Below are positions 1 to 9,509 of a stretch of DNA of 64,000 nt, in pieces. Numbering within the stretch: the first letter of the stretch is position 1; each line of letters opens with the position of its first letter. The translations under genes and the position numbers were made by a program. The stretch lies in the IMG/VR virus record IMGVR_UViG_3300035698_010479, positions 1 to 64,000 of that record. One strand, given 5' to 3'. Under the pieces are notes generated by a model. It did no database searches. It was not told the origin of the DNA and worked only from the letters and a program-made list of their open reading frames with translations.

Positions 1-381
1 GTGGCCTGACTTATTTTACACAGAAGATGAAGCAAAGGCCGAAAAGTTAATACGAAAGTATCTTGAAGATCATCACTATTTTAGTACCTTACCTACAGCT
101 CGTTTCGATATACCAATAAAGGAGTAACATGTTATTCGAATTAAAGGGCAAAACTCTTGCCGGTAAAAATAAAGTACGTAACGCAATGCGTTTACTTACA
201 AACAATTCTTGGTTAATTCTAGAACAAAAAGATAAAGTTCAGTTCAATCAAGAAAAGGGTCCTTGGGTAAAGATTGCTCCTGTATGCAGTGACTTTAACA
301 AAGCAGCAGAACTAACAAGATGGGTACATCTAAATGATGATAAAGATCTTAGTCTGATTCCCATAACAGAATAGGTGGTAT

Positions 382-801
382 ATGTCTAGTAATTTAACAC
401 GTGACACCCTTTGCCATGATTGTTTTTTTGGTAAGCAGCTCATCTCCTTCAGCGTCAGCTCAAGGATGAATGGTAAATACCAAGCAGTAGCTTCATACTG
501 GTATATTGCTAAAAATAAAGATAATATATACGGTATTGTTGGAGGAGGAAATAACGGTATCGGTGCTTTTATTGGCTGGTGTACAGGTATGTCATCTTGG
601 TGTTTTAATCCTGTAGATTTGAGTGAATATCTATGGAGTAAAATAAACAATGCTTTTATATCTAAAAATTTTGCCTTTTTAGTTAATATTAGAATAATTC
701 CGAATGAATTCTACTACTATCAAGAGGATAGTTATGGAGATATTGAAGAATTTTACAGTACTGTCAATTGTTTTGATAAAGTTACTCTATGGCACAAATA
801 A
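382..801 (+). CDS. hypothetical protein
   Basis: 139-aa ORF in the + strand gene run; no motif recognised. Confidence 0.55.
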   Translation: MSSNLTRDTLCHDCFFGKQLISFSVSSRMNGKYQAVASYWYIAKNKDNIYGIVGGGNNGIGAFIGWCTGMSSWCFNPVDLSEYLWSKINNAFISKNFAFLVNIRIIPNEFYYYQEDSYGDIEEFYSTVNCFDKVTLWHK

Positions 802-819
802 TTAAACCAAGGTGATATT

Positions 820-1356
820 ATGTCTCTTTTCGAATGTCCTAATTGTAAAAAATACTATCAATTAAGCATCAACCATGTTAAATACATTTCACATATGTGT
901 GATTCAGTAGATAGCTTCGGCCTAGCAATCGTTGAATGTGCATGTGGTGCTAAACACGTGTCTGGTGGTGAGAGTTACACAGATGGTTATGATAAAGGTG
1001 TGATGTGCTTTGGAAGAAATTACGAAGAAGCTGACGACAAGAAATTGTTAAGTTTTCCTGCAGTGATGCTTGAAGAGTGCGACGAGCTTGATATAAATAA
1101 AACAAATTCTACATACAACTCTTCACATTTTATGGACCCAGGTGGTAGAACAATACATCTAAGACCAGTACAATTGAAGAAAGGTATAGAAAGGGCTATG
1201 GAATTGCGTGAAGAATTATTTAAAATTGCTAATAGTTTTGGTGGTGATACAACAGGTGTAGTAGCTGTAATACTTCATGGTGCATGTAATAGCATAGTAA
1301 AAGCAGGAAGGCTACTAAACAGTATAACATTTATCAAAGACAGTAACGGAGAATAG
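820..1356 (+). CDS. hypothetical protein with CxxC/CxC zinc-ribbon-like N-terminus
   Basis: CPNC...CACG; AGGTG-type RBS upstream. Confidence 0.6.
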   Translation: MSLFECPNCKKYYQLSINHVKYISHMCDSVDSFGLAIVECACGAKHVSGGESYTDGYDKGVMCFGRNYEEADDKKLLSFPAVMLEECDELDINKTNSTYNSSHFMDPGGRTIHLRPVQLKKGIERAMELREELFKIANSFGGDTTGVVAVILHGACNSIVKAGRLLNSITFIKDSNGE

Positions 1357-1361
1357 TAATA

Positions 1362-1619
1362 ATGAATATATACATCGCAACTGACACGAAAAAAGAGCCT
1401 GCTGGCATAATACTAGCTGAATCATCTAAAATAGCTTGGGTAATCTTCGGAGCTCTCGGAGTTGATGCAGTATCTGTTGAAGAAATTAATCCAAACGACC
1501 CTTCATTCGCTACTCAAGCAGTAATTTACTTACTTACCTCAACAAACGTTCCAGGACATCATATTTGTGACTCCCGTAGACGTCATGAAGATGTTAAAAT
1601 CTGGAAGAGAGGTAAGTGA
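1362..1619 (+). CDS. hypothetical protein
   Basis: 85-aa ORF abutting both neighbours. Confidence 0.5.
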   Translation: MNIYIATDTKKEPAGIILAESSKIAWVIFGALGVDAVSVEEINPNDPSFATQAVIYLLTSTNVPGHHICDSRRRHEDVKIWKRGK

Positions 1620-1620
1620 T

Positions 1621-2607
1621 ATGTTTAAACAACTTAAAAAGTTTTTAAATAATCATACCGATTGGTTTCTGCCATTTTCAATATGGTTATTTGGTGCCTT
1701 TGTACTAGTTATCGTAATGCATACACTAGAAAACAGATCTATATTTGAATCAATATATTACTGTGTGGTCACTGCAAGCACCACGGGTTTTGGTGATATA
1801 GCACCACTTACTGTTGTAGGTAGAATATTTACAATGGTATACATGTTAACTGCTATTACAGCAATGGGTATATTTATAAATGCTTTAATGGCTAGGTCAA
1901 AAACTCTAAATATGAAGAAGAGGTTGGGTATGTTAACAATAAAAACTGTGCCATATTTGATAATAATTGGTTATCCGTCTAAAGGAAAAGTACTTGGTAT
2001 AGTGGAAACAATACGTGCCTATAAGCCTGACTGCAAAATCATATGTGTTGCTGATATTCCAGAAATACCAAATTGGATGATGTATGAAAATGTAGTAGAA
2101 TTTGTGAAAGGTAGAGGTTCTCAAATAGATGTATTGCGTCGTGCAAATGTAGTTAATGCTAATAGTATTTTAATATTAGCACAGAATCCCAATGACTTGG
2201 TATCAGATGAGCAGACATTTGCTGCAGTTACTTTATGTGAACAACTTAACCCCGCAGCTCATACAGTAGCCGAGAAAGTACACACTGGTGAGTGCTTATT
2301 GGATCACTCATTATGTGATAAAGTAGTTACTGTCTGTAGACCAAATGAACTTGCTTCTGAGATAATTGATGCTGGTATTATTGATTTTATTGATAGCATA
2401 GTATCACCAGCAACAAAGGAAAGACAGCGTAATATTAAATCAGCAAATCAAGATTCTGTATGGTATCAGTTAGCACAAGAAGTACTATTCAAAGGAGATA
2501 TACCATTAGGATTTTCTATCAACGGCGGCAAGACATTCACATTTGCACCCAGCCCAAATGATATTGTCCCAGCTAAGTCAGTAATAAAAATATTAACAAG
2601 AAAATAA
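1621..2607 (+). CDS. potassium channel (2TM pore + TrkA-N/RCK domain)
   Basis: Selectivity filter TTGFGDIAP between two hydrophobic helices; RCK-like IIIGY...VEFVKG...LRRANV. Start moved from 1567 to the ATG at 1621 (GAGG upstream). Confidence 0.9.
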   Translation: MFKQLKKFLNNHTDWFLPFSIWLFGAFVLVIVMHTLENRSIFESIYYCVVTASTTGFGDIAPLTVVGRIFTMVYMLTAITAMGIFINALMARSKTLNMKKRLGMLTIKTVPYLIIIGYPSKGKVLGIVETIRAYKPDCKIICVADIPEIPNWMMYENVVEFVKGRGSQIDVLRRANVVNANSILILAQNPNDLVSDEQTFAAVTLCEQLNPAAHTVAEKVHTGECLLDHSLCDKVVTVCRPNELASEIIDAGIIDFIDSIVSPATKERQRNIKSANQDSVWYQLAQEVLFKGDIPLGFSINGGKTFTFAPSPNDIVPAKSVIKILTRK

Positions 2608-2613
2608 GAGCTT

Positions 2614-3015
2614 ATGAAAACATTTGAAACCGGCGACAGGATAATAGCAAGTGATTTTTCTCCAGTAGCCCCAACAAGTACACATATGATCTATTTATGC
2701 AGTGTTGAGGAAGATAGACATCTTTGTGTGACTAAAAGTGATTGGGAAGAAAAAGATTTTTCCTGTGTAACTAAATACAAATTCATAGAAACGTTAAAAG
2801 TAATAAAGAAAGTAAAAAAAGCGCATGAGATTGTTAAATGGTTGGAGAAGCATAACTATCGAGTAACCGAACAAGGGAGCTGGGTACATAATATTAAAAG
2901 TATGGCTGTATTTAGTAGAACTATGTTTATAGAATGTGGCAAAGATATTGAAAATGTAAAAAAACCACAGCGTTTCATAGATGATTGGCTAGAAGAGGAA
3001 TATTTGGAGAATTAA
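2614..3015 (+). CDS. hypothetical protein
   Basis: 133-aa ORF in gene run. Confidence 0.55.
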   Translation: MKTFETGDRIIASDFSPVAPTSTHMIYLCSVEEDRHLCVTKSDWEEKDFSCVTKYKFIETLKVIKKVKKAHEIVKWLEKHNYRVTEQGSWVHNIKSMAVFSRTMFIECGKDIENVKKPQRFIDDWLEEEYLEN

Positions 3016-3025
3016 AGGAGGGTTT

Positions 3026-3361
3026 ATGGGGGACGGGGCAGATATGGCATTAGATTATGCCTGGGATGATTGGGAACAACATGAGGAATATATTAATGGT
3101 AATAAATTTAATATAGACCCATACGATGCTGGTATAGTAGACGAGATGGGGGTAGAAATTGGTGATTCTAGACTGCCTGCAAGTTCATCTAAATCTTTAT
3201 ATGGCAAGAAAGGTAAAAGAAAACCATCCAGCTATGCATGTAAACATTGTGGTAAAAAGAATCTTAAATGGTCAGAAGTTGAAGGTAAGTGGCGGCTATT
3301 TGATAAGAAAATACCACATATATGTAAAGAATACAAAAAGGTAGATGATGAAAATACTTAA
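3026..3361 (+). CDS. hypothetical protein with C-terminal CxxC...HxC zinc finger
   Basis: CKHCG...W...WRL...PHIC; AGGAGG RBS. Confidence 0.65.
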   Translation: MGDGADMALDYAWDDWEQHEEYINGNKFNIDPYDAGIVDEMGVEIGDSRLPASSSKSLYGKKGKRKPSSYACKHCGKKNLKWSEVEGKWRLFDKKIPHICKEYKKVDDENT

Positions 3362-3653
3362 GTCTGTTATCAATAATGGTGTAAAGATGTATGTGGTTTG
3401 TCACAGGGTTGAATATACTCTTCACGGCGAAAAAACAAGGAGAACAATTGATATAGCAACCAATTTAATAAAATCAACACTTGATATGGATAACCATGCT
3501 CCAAAGGAGGTCCATCATAACGCCACTGAAGCTATTTTTATAATGAATCAAGAGTATATTGAAAAGGAAATACCTAAAATAATAATCCCTTTTATTATAC
3601 ATAGCTACACGTTAATAAATGACACAGGTGAAATACTATGTCCAACATCTTGA
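3345..3653 (+). CDS. hypothetical protein
   Basis: 102-aa ORF overlapping the upstream stop. Confidence 0.5.
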   Translation: MMKILKSVINNGVKMYVVCHRVEYTLHGEKTRRTIDIATNLIKSTLDMDNHAPKEVHHNATEAIFIMNQEYIEKEIPKIIIPFIIHSYTLINDTGEILCPTS

Positions 3654-4185
3654 TTTTAACTGCGTTAGTATTTATATTATTACTAATGATGCACATAGCT
3701 GGTTTTCTTATGGGGGTGGCTTGGCTCTGTGTAAAATGGGTTATTCCTGCTTTTATTTGTTATGTAGTATATAAGGGTATTACTACCAGTTAGGTTACAT
3801 ATGGTTATTATTGGGGAGTAGTGGTACTTGTTGTTTTGGTAATTGTGGGGTATGTAAAATCAAATTATTGGGGTATAATATGAGTATAGAAAATAAAAGT
3901 AAGCAAGCGTTCAATGACGTTATAAACTTTCATGGCCCTTTATTCGTGGAAGATGTAGAATATATGCAATTATACTCCTATTGGCTTAATACAGTAGCAG
4001 TAAAAGCAGATTAATAGCTAGTATACTATGAATAACCAAGGGAGAAAACCTAAAAAATTAGTAATAATATTGTTATTAGCTGCTACCATACTAACTGTTT
4101 ATTTTATTATGAGTATGAAACAACTTGATGTATACATGGATAAGCAGTTACAATTACAAGAAAACTTAGTACAGGAGGATATTTA

Positions 4186-4512
4186 ATGGGTAGAAAAAAT
4201 AGCATAGCAAAAAAAGCTACTGCTACTATAAAGAATTGGCAGCTTCACACGCTTTCTGTTAAACAAGAAATGATTGATAAAGTTTATCCTGGTGAGGGGT
4301 TGACACCTCTAATTGTGTCAGGTACTGTAGTTAGTGATGACCTTGGTAGATTCCTTCCTGGCCATCATATGAGGTCCTCTCTAATTAAAAAACATGACAG
4401 AGCAAAGGGAATAATCGAGACAAGAAATACTATCTACAAACTCGAAGGAAAAGAAAATGGAGATGTATTACCAAATCTAGGTGATAATATATTAAACGTA
4501 TTTTATGATTGA
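4186..4512 (+). CDS. conserved hypothetical phage protein
   Basis: AGGAGG RBS; G..V..D..GRF..G...RSS...IETRNTIYKL pattern recalled from small phage proteins. Confidence 0.65.
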   Translation: MGRKNSIAKKATATIKNWQLHTLSVKQEMIDKVYPGEGLTPLIVSGTVVSDDLGRFLPGHHMRSSLIKKHDRAKGIIETRNTIYKLEGKENGDVLPNLGDNILNVFYD

Positions 4513-4624
4513 AAGGTTACTTATGGTAATATATAATGACAGTGGTTAATACAGGTACTAATTAATTTTTAATATTTTATTAATTCTAATACTATAAAAA
4601 CTAATATAAACTAAGGTAAATACC

Positions 4625-6325
4625 ATGTTTAAGCGAATTACATTATTGAGTGTCCTCTTTTTGGTTATTTTTTCTCTGGGCTGCGGTGAAGCATTTAGTA
4701 AAGGATTTTCTAGTGGAGGTCGTTCAAGTAGTTCTTTCCGTTCATCCTCCTCATCATCTTCTAAGTCCTCTTTTAAATCATCATCGTTATCATCAAAAAG
4801 TAAGGCTTCTTCCTCTTCTTCCAAGAAAAGTGCGTCCGTTGCTGCAGTAGGTACTGGTATTTCTAGTAATTCCTACTCAAAACCATCGTCTTTTTGGAAT
4901 ACTTCAGGACAAAAAAGTGCAAATACTTCAAAGAGTTTTAAAGGTACGTCTGTCTTTGATAAAAATCAATCATCTGCTTTAAAAGCGTCTAAATCAGCTG
5001 CAGCGAAACAACAATACACTTCATCTATAAGCAAATTTGCTAAACCTGTAAAACCTATATATTCGTCAACCGGTGCAATTAAATCAGCCCCTGTGTTTAA
5101 GAACATACATACAAAAAGTACAGATAACTATAGTACATATAATCGTAATAGAGGCAATTACTATTCTAATTCAGGATGGAAAGCCCCTACTTACGTGTAC
5201 CAATCGAGCCCATCTTTTGGTATGTGGGATGGTATGATGCTGTGGATGATGTTGGATAACATGAATGACGCTAAGTATGCTAAAATGGCTTATAATCATA
5301 CAAATGATCCCGGTATGCAACAATGGCGTGAGGAAGCTAACAAGCTTGCAGAAAGTAATGCAGACTTAAAAGCTAAATTAGCAGCTATGGATACAAAAGT
5401 ATCCTCAATGTCAGGAGTTAAGGATGCAGCATATATCCCTGAAGGTGTTCCAGCAGCCGTTATATTGTCTTCAGAGGCTCTAGCTGCGGCAGATCCGACT
5501 AAGGTTTCTTTTATTTTGGCTACGGGTGGTCAAGGTAACAATTATGCTCGAACTGGTAATCTGATGAAGAAATCTGGTGAAGCTACAATTGCTATTGATG
5601 TAAAGTATACTGCAGGAACTGGTGAAAATCTCACAATGTTTGCAAATAACAAAGTAGATGGTTTCATTGCCCAAAATGATGTTATGGATAGTAAAGCTCT
5701 TACAGACAGTAACTCCGTGGCAAAAATGAAAGCTAAATGGTTGGTACTTTTCCCAGAACCCGTGCAAATGATTTCAAACACTAATGGTTCTGTAAAAGGT
5801 ATTCAAGACCTATCGACTGATAATATTCTATACGTAGGTCCTTCTGGTTCTGGTACAGAAAGTACATGGAACCGTATGAAAATGACGGATATAAATTATG
5901 CAAAGATTCCTACAGCCAATGCGAGTTATACTGATGCCATGGATATTGTTGCTAAAAATCCTAAAGCAGTTATGATGTTTGTTTCTGGTCTTAACTCAGG
6001 CACTTTAACAGCTGCTGAAGCACGTGCTAAAAAAGACAATTTACGTCTTGTAAGTATTGCTGATAGTGGACTTACCGATATTTTAGATGTAGATGGTAAT
6101 CAATTGTACGATGAAATTGAAATACCATCAGAAGTTTATCCTAATCTTCAGAAAGGCTTTATATTCAACAAAGATATCACTACTATTGCATGTAAAGCGG
6201 TATTTGTAGTTAACCCTACTTGGGTAGAGAAAAACGGCGAAGAAGCTCTTATAGACCTAACAGCAGCGGCTGTTGAAGCTCGTGGAACAATGAATAGCAT
6301 TCTTGCTAGAACATCGGAGAATTAA
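4625..6325 (+). CDS. exported protein: Ser-rich N-terminus + TAXI-family (TRAP) solute-binding domain
   Basis: Signal peptide; GFSSGGRSSSSFRSSS tract; C-half motifs ILATGGQGNNY, TAGTGENL, LFPEPVQ, VGPSGSGT typical of TAXI receptors. Confidence 0.75.
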   Translation: MFKRITLLSVLFLVIFSLGCGEAFSKGFSSGGRSSSSFRSSSSSSSKSSFKSSSLSSKSKASSSSSKKSASVAAVGTGISSNSYSKPSSFWNTSGQKSANTSKSFKGTSVFDKNQSSALKASKSAAAKQQYTSSISKFAKPVKPIYSSTGAIKSAPVFKNIHTKSTDNYSTYNRNRGNYYSNSGWKAPTYVYQSSPSFGMWDGMMLWMMLDNMNDAKYAKMAYNHTNDPGMQQWREEANKLAESNADLKAKLAAMDTKVSSMSGVKDAAYIPEGVPAAVILSSEALAAADPTKVSFILATGGQGNNYARTGNLMKKSGEATIAIDVKYTAGTGENLTMFANNKVDGFIAQNDVMDSKALTDSNSVAKMKAKWLVLFPEPVQMISNTNGSVKGIQDLSTDNILYVGPSGSGTESTWNRMKMTDINYAKIPTANASYTDAMDIVAKNPKAVMMFVSGLNSGTLTAAEARAKKDNLRLVSIADSGLTDILDVDGNQLYDEIEIPSEVYPNLQKGFIFNKDITTIACKAVFVVNPTWVEKNGEEALIDLTAAAVEARGTMNSILARTSEN

Positions 6326-6328
6326 ATT

Positions 6329-7069
6329 ATGTTTGACGCATTAAAGAAGTCAATATCTGCAGCATTTAGACCGAAGAAAGAGTCGAAAGTACCTGATAGA
6401 GTTAAATTTTCTTATTCAGGTGCTAATGGAAGTCTTAATGTACGAGTTGGTAGTGACCTTCAAGTACGCAATAATAACGGACTGATTTATGGGTCTGTTT
6501 GTACTAAACCAACAACTACTATTATAAGTAATATTGGTGTAACTAAAATTCAACGTAGTACAATGTTTAGATTACATCTAGGTCCAGAACATTTTATACA
6601 AGTAGTTATAGACCCCACTACTCGGATTGAAGAATGTCGTCTGTTTAAACTTGTTAAGATTATTCAACCAAGCACAAGAGAAGAATGGTCTACGTATCTT
6701 TTGCATCCTGAAGATGCTGCTGCTAATGAACTACAGGTTGGTATAATCGGAACAGATGAAGTATTTTTCAATGACAACTCCTATTGTAGGCTTGAATCAT
6801 GGGCAAGCCCTGAACCAACTTGGGTTGAGCCAGTTAAACTAAGTGAAAGACGTCATGGACTGGATGAGGTAGTATACGATATAACTAATGAGGCTATGGC
6901 CTATGGTAGATGGCTCAATGAAGAAAACGGTATAGCAGAGTATTTAATTATTTCTTCAGAAGAGTTTGCAAAAGAAGGAGATATGGGTTATAATATGTCT
7001 ACAGATTGTTCAGTGAGATACTATATAGGGTTGGATGTATCCATTGATGACCTTGTAAGTAATTTCTAA
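6329..7069 (+). CDS. DUF2491/YjfK-like protein
   Basis: P...EEW, AMAYGR, EYLIIS, YIGLDV pattern; sits directly before a PspA homologue. Confidence 0.55.
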   Translation: MFDALKKSISAAFRPKKESKVPDRVKFSYSGANGSLNVRVGSDLQVRNNNGLIYGSVCTKPTTTIISNIGVTKIQRSTMFRLHLGPEHFIQVVIDPTTRIEECRLFKLVKIIQPSTREEWSTYLLHPEDAAANELQVGIIGTDEVFFNDNSYCRLESWASPEPTWVEPVKLSERRHGLDEVVYDITNEAMAYGRWLNEENGIAEYLIISSEEFAKEGDMGYNMSTDCSVRYYIGLDVSIDDLVSNF

Positions 7070-7121
7070 AGCAAAGAGCAAAGAGCATACAACTAATATA
7101 AAATTTAAGGAGAATAAAATC

Positions 7122-7901
7122 ATGGGTATTTTTTCAAGAAAGAAATCTTTTGCTGTCAACTATGCTGCAGTAAAGGTTGGTAATGTTTTTACGCAGCTAA
7201 AGGACACTGTTGATAGTTGGGACCCAGAAGGCTCAAGTGAGGCTGATATCCTAGGTATCGACCAACAGCTCAACGAACTTACTCTTGAAGCAGGGCAAGT
7301 AGAGCAGAAGGTGAAAAAAGAAAAAGAAGACGTAGTACGTGTACGTGCTGATTACAACCGTCGAGTAGGTGGACTAGGTGTACTGCAAAACCAATTCGAC
7401 ACTACTACTGATGAAGCTTTGAAAGCAGAGATCGAAGTAGTAATGGAAGAAGAACTCACTAATTTGGCAGAAGTCGAGGCGCAGCTGGTTGTTGAAGAAC
7501 AAGAAGAAGTAGAAGCTATTGAAGAGTTGGCACAAATTAGCTCACTTTGTAAGATTGTTGCTGACAAATTGAAAACTGCTCGTAAAACAATTGATCAAGG
7601 TAAAGCTGCAGCTGTTAAAGCAGACCGCCGTGAGAAACTGGCAGCCGAGAAAGAAGAGAGAGCAAAGAAAGTAGCAGGTATCACTAAGGATATGGGTGCT
7701 GTATCTGGTGCTCTTAATGCTTATGCAAAGAAAGCAGACGCTGCTAACGCTCGTGCTAATGCTCTTGAAATGAAGGCTAAACTGTTGACTCCTGTAGCAG
7801 CAAGTAACCTTATGGCTGAAGCTATGAAGGCCGCTGATGCGGGAAGCACTACTCCTAAGGTAAGTATCCAGGAACGTATGGCTGCATTGAAGAAGAAGTA
7901 G
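7122..7901 (+). CDS. PspA/IM30-family coiled-coil protein
   Basis: N-terminal MGIFSR...DPE, long Ala/Glu/Lys heptads, C-terminal ERMAALK. Confidence 0.7.
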   Translation: MGIFSRKKSFAVNYAAVKVGNVFTQLKDTVDSWDPEGSSEADILGIDQQLNELTLEAGQVEQKVKKEKEDVVRVRADYNRRVGGLGVLQNQFDTTTDEALKAEIEVVMEEELTNLAEVEAQLVVEEQEEVEAIEELAQISSLCKIVADKLKTARKTIDQGKAAAVKADRREKLAAEKEERAKKVAGITKDMGAVSGALNAYAKKADAANARANALEMKAKLLTPVAASNLMAEAMKAADAGSTTPKVSIQERMAALKKK

Positions 7902-7909
7902 TATAGTAT

Positions 7910-7944
7910 AAAGTAGTACCTCTACTTGTAGGGGTACTACTTTT
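7910..7944 (+). terminator. intrinsic terminator-like hairpin
   Basis: AAAGTAGTACC...GGTACTACTTT inverted repeat ending in a T run. Confidence 0.6.
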
Positions 7945-7958
7945 ATAAGGTGTAAATA

Positions 7959-8693
7959 ATGTTAAATAACGAAATAAAAGTTTATGTATGTGGAGACACA
8001 CATTGTCCAATAGATATACGTAAACTGACATCAAAGGAATGGCCAGAACAAAAAGAACTTAGCTTCACTAAAGATGATTTACTTATAATTCTTGGAGATT
8101 TCGGATTATTGTGGGATAACACTTGGTCAAGTGAAGAGTTATACTGGGCTAAATGGTTAACTAGTAAATCGTTTACTACTTGCTTTTTGGATGGTAATCA
8201 CGAAAATTTCGAAAGACTACTTAAATTGCCAGAAGATACACTTCATGGTGGAAAGGTAGGTGTCGCCTATGCAGATGTTAATGGTAGAATTCTCCATCTC
8301 AAACGTGGAGAAATATACACTATCAATGATAAAAAACTATTTTCTTTCGGAGGAGCAGAGTCCACTGATAAGGAACATAGAATAATAGGTAAAAGTTGGT
8401 GGTCTGAAGAAGTACCAAACTACGCTGAGTGTGATTACGCTTTGGAGAATCTAAAAAAACATAGCAACTGTGTAGATTTTATTCTAACACATACTGCTGC
8501 AACTAGTACAATAACAGATTTTAAGTTCATTAACTCCTATGATAGGAAAGATGATCCAACTTCACGCTTTCTTGAAGAAATAAAAAGAATAGTACAATTC
8601 AAGCAGTGGCATTTTGGACATTTTCACACCAGTGCTCATAGAGACCAGCGATATGTATGTCACTATAATTGGTACCCATACAAACTTTTTTAA
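7959..8693 (+). CDS. calcineurin-like metallophosphoesterase
   Basis: GDTH, GDFG, DGNHE, ILTH, FGHFH motifs. Confidence 0.9.
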   Translation: MLNNEIKVYVCGDTHCPIDIRKLTSKEWPEQKELSFTKDDLLIILGDFGLLWDNTWSSEELYWAKWLTSKSFTTCFLDGNHENFERLLKLPEDTLHGGKVGVAYADVNGRILHLKRGEIYTINDKKLFSFGGAESTDKEHRIIGKSWWSEEVPNYAECDYALENLKKHSNCVDFILTHTAATSTITDFKFINSYDRKDDPTSRFLEEIKRIVQFKQWHFGHFHTSAHRDQRYVCHYNWYPYKLF

Positions 8694-8705
8694 AGGTGTC
8701 TTAAC

Positions 8706-9203
8706 ATGAGTGAATTTAATTCTAAAACTTTATTAGCCTACAGTAAAGATTTTCTAGCAAAATGTGGTTTATCACGTGAATCTTCATTGGAAGAAATAAA
8801 AGATAAAATGATTTGGGGAACTTATGGTAAGCCTGCAGTATTAGCTAACTTTAAATGGGTAAAGATTAAAAACTGCAGTGATGAACATTTATACGCGATT
8901 GCTGAACAACCACATATACCTGAAGCAACAAGGATAATAATTAAATCTATTTTAAACGATAGAATAAACGTAGAGAAATTAATATACACGAGATGGGGCC
9001 GTGTAGGGTATGATGGTGCCTTAGGTGATTATAATGGTTATACTGTACTTGCAATAACAAATTCAGAGCACAGACATGATGACCACCCAGAACAAGTAAT
9101 CTACGTAGGTGATAATAAAAAACTTTGGAGTTTACCATTATCTAAGTGGCCGGGAAATTTAGTACCTGAAGAAGAAGCATTATTATCAGCAAAATTTATT
9201 TAA
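8706..9203 (+). CDS. hypothetical protein
   Basis: 165-aa ORF; WGTYGK motif seen in phage proteins. Confidence 0.6.
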   Translation: MSEFNSKTLLAYSKDFLAKCGLSRESSLEEIKDKMIWGTYGKPAVLANFKWVKIKNCSDEHLYAIAEQPHIPEATRIIIKSILNDRINVEKLIYTRWGRVGYDGALGDYNGYTVLAITNSEHRHDDHPEQVIYVGDNKKLWSLPLSKWPGNLVPEEEALLSAKFI

Positions 9204-9206
9204 TAT

Positions 9207-9364
9207 TAGAATGTGGCGGAATAAGTAGACGCTAGGAAAGTCGTTTAGAAAAAAGTAATTCGCTTGGCTAATACCCAAGAGGTAGGGATTAACGTACTCT
9301 AACGATGACAAAAGAATCCGAGGCATGTTAAAACCATATATGGTGTAAATCCATATCAGTCTAT
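9207..9364 (+). ncRNA. tRNA-like RNA with ~100-nt insert in place of a normal anticodon arm
   Basis: Acceptor TAGAATG/CAGTCTA; Leu-type D arm GTGGCGGAATAAGTAGACGC; T-like arm ATATGG-TGTAAAT-CCATAT. Confidence 0.5.
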
Positions 9365-9509
9365 TATTAATTAATAAGGAAAATTAAAAATGAAGGGGGG
9401 GGGGAGATGCTGACTAACCTCAGTAAGATCTTTAGTGGAGGTGGCCACCACACTAAGTAGCTGCAAAGCTGCCTCTCCTGAACTATTTAAAATAAAATAA
9501 TGGAGATTT

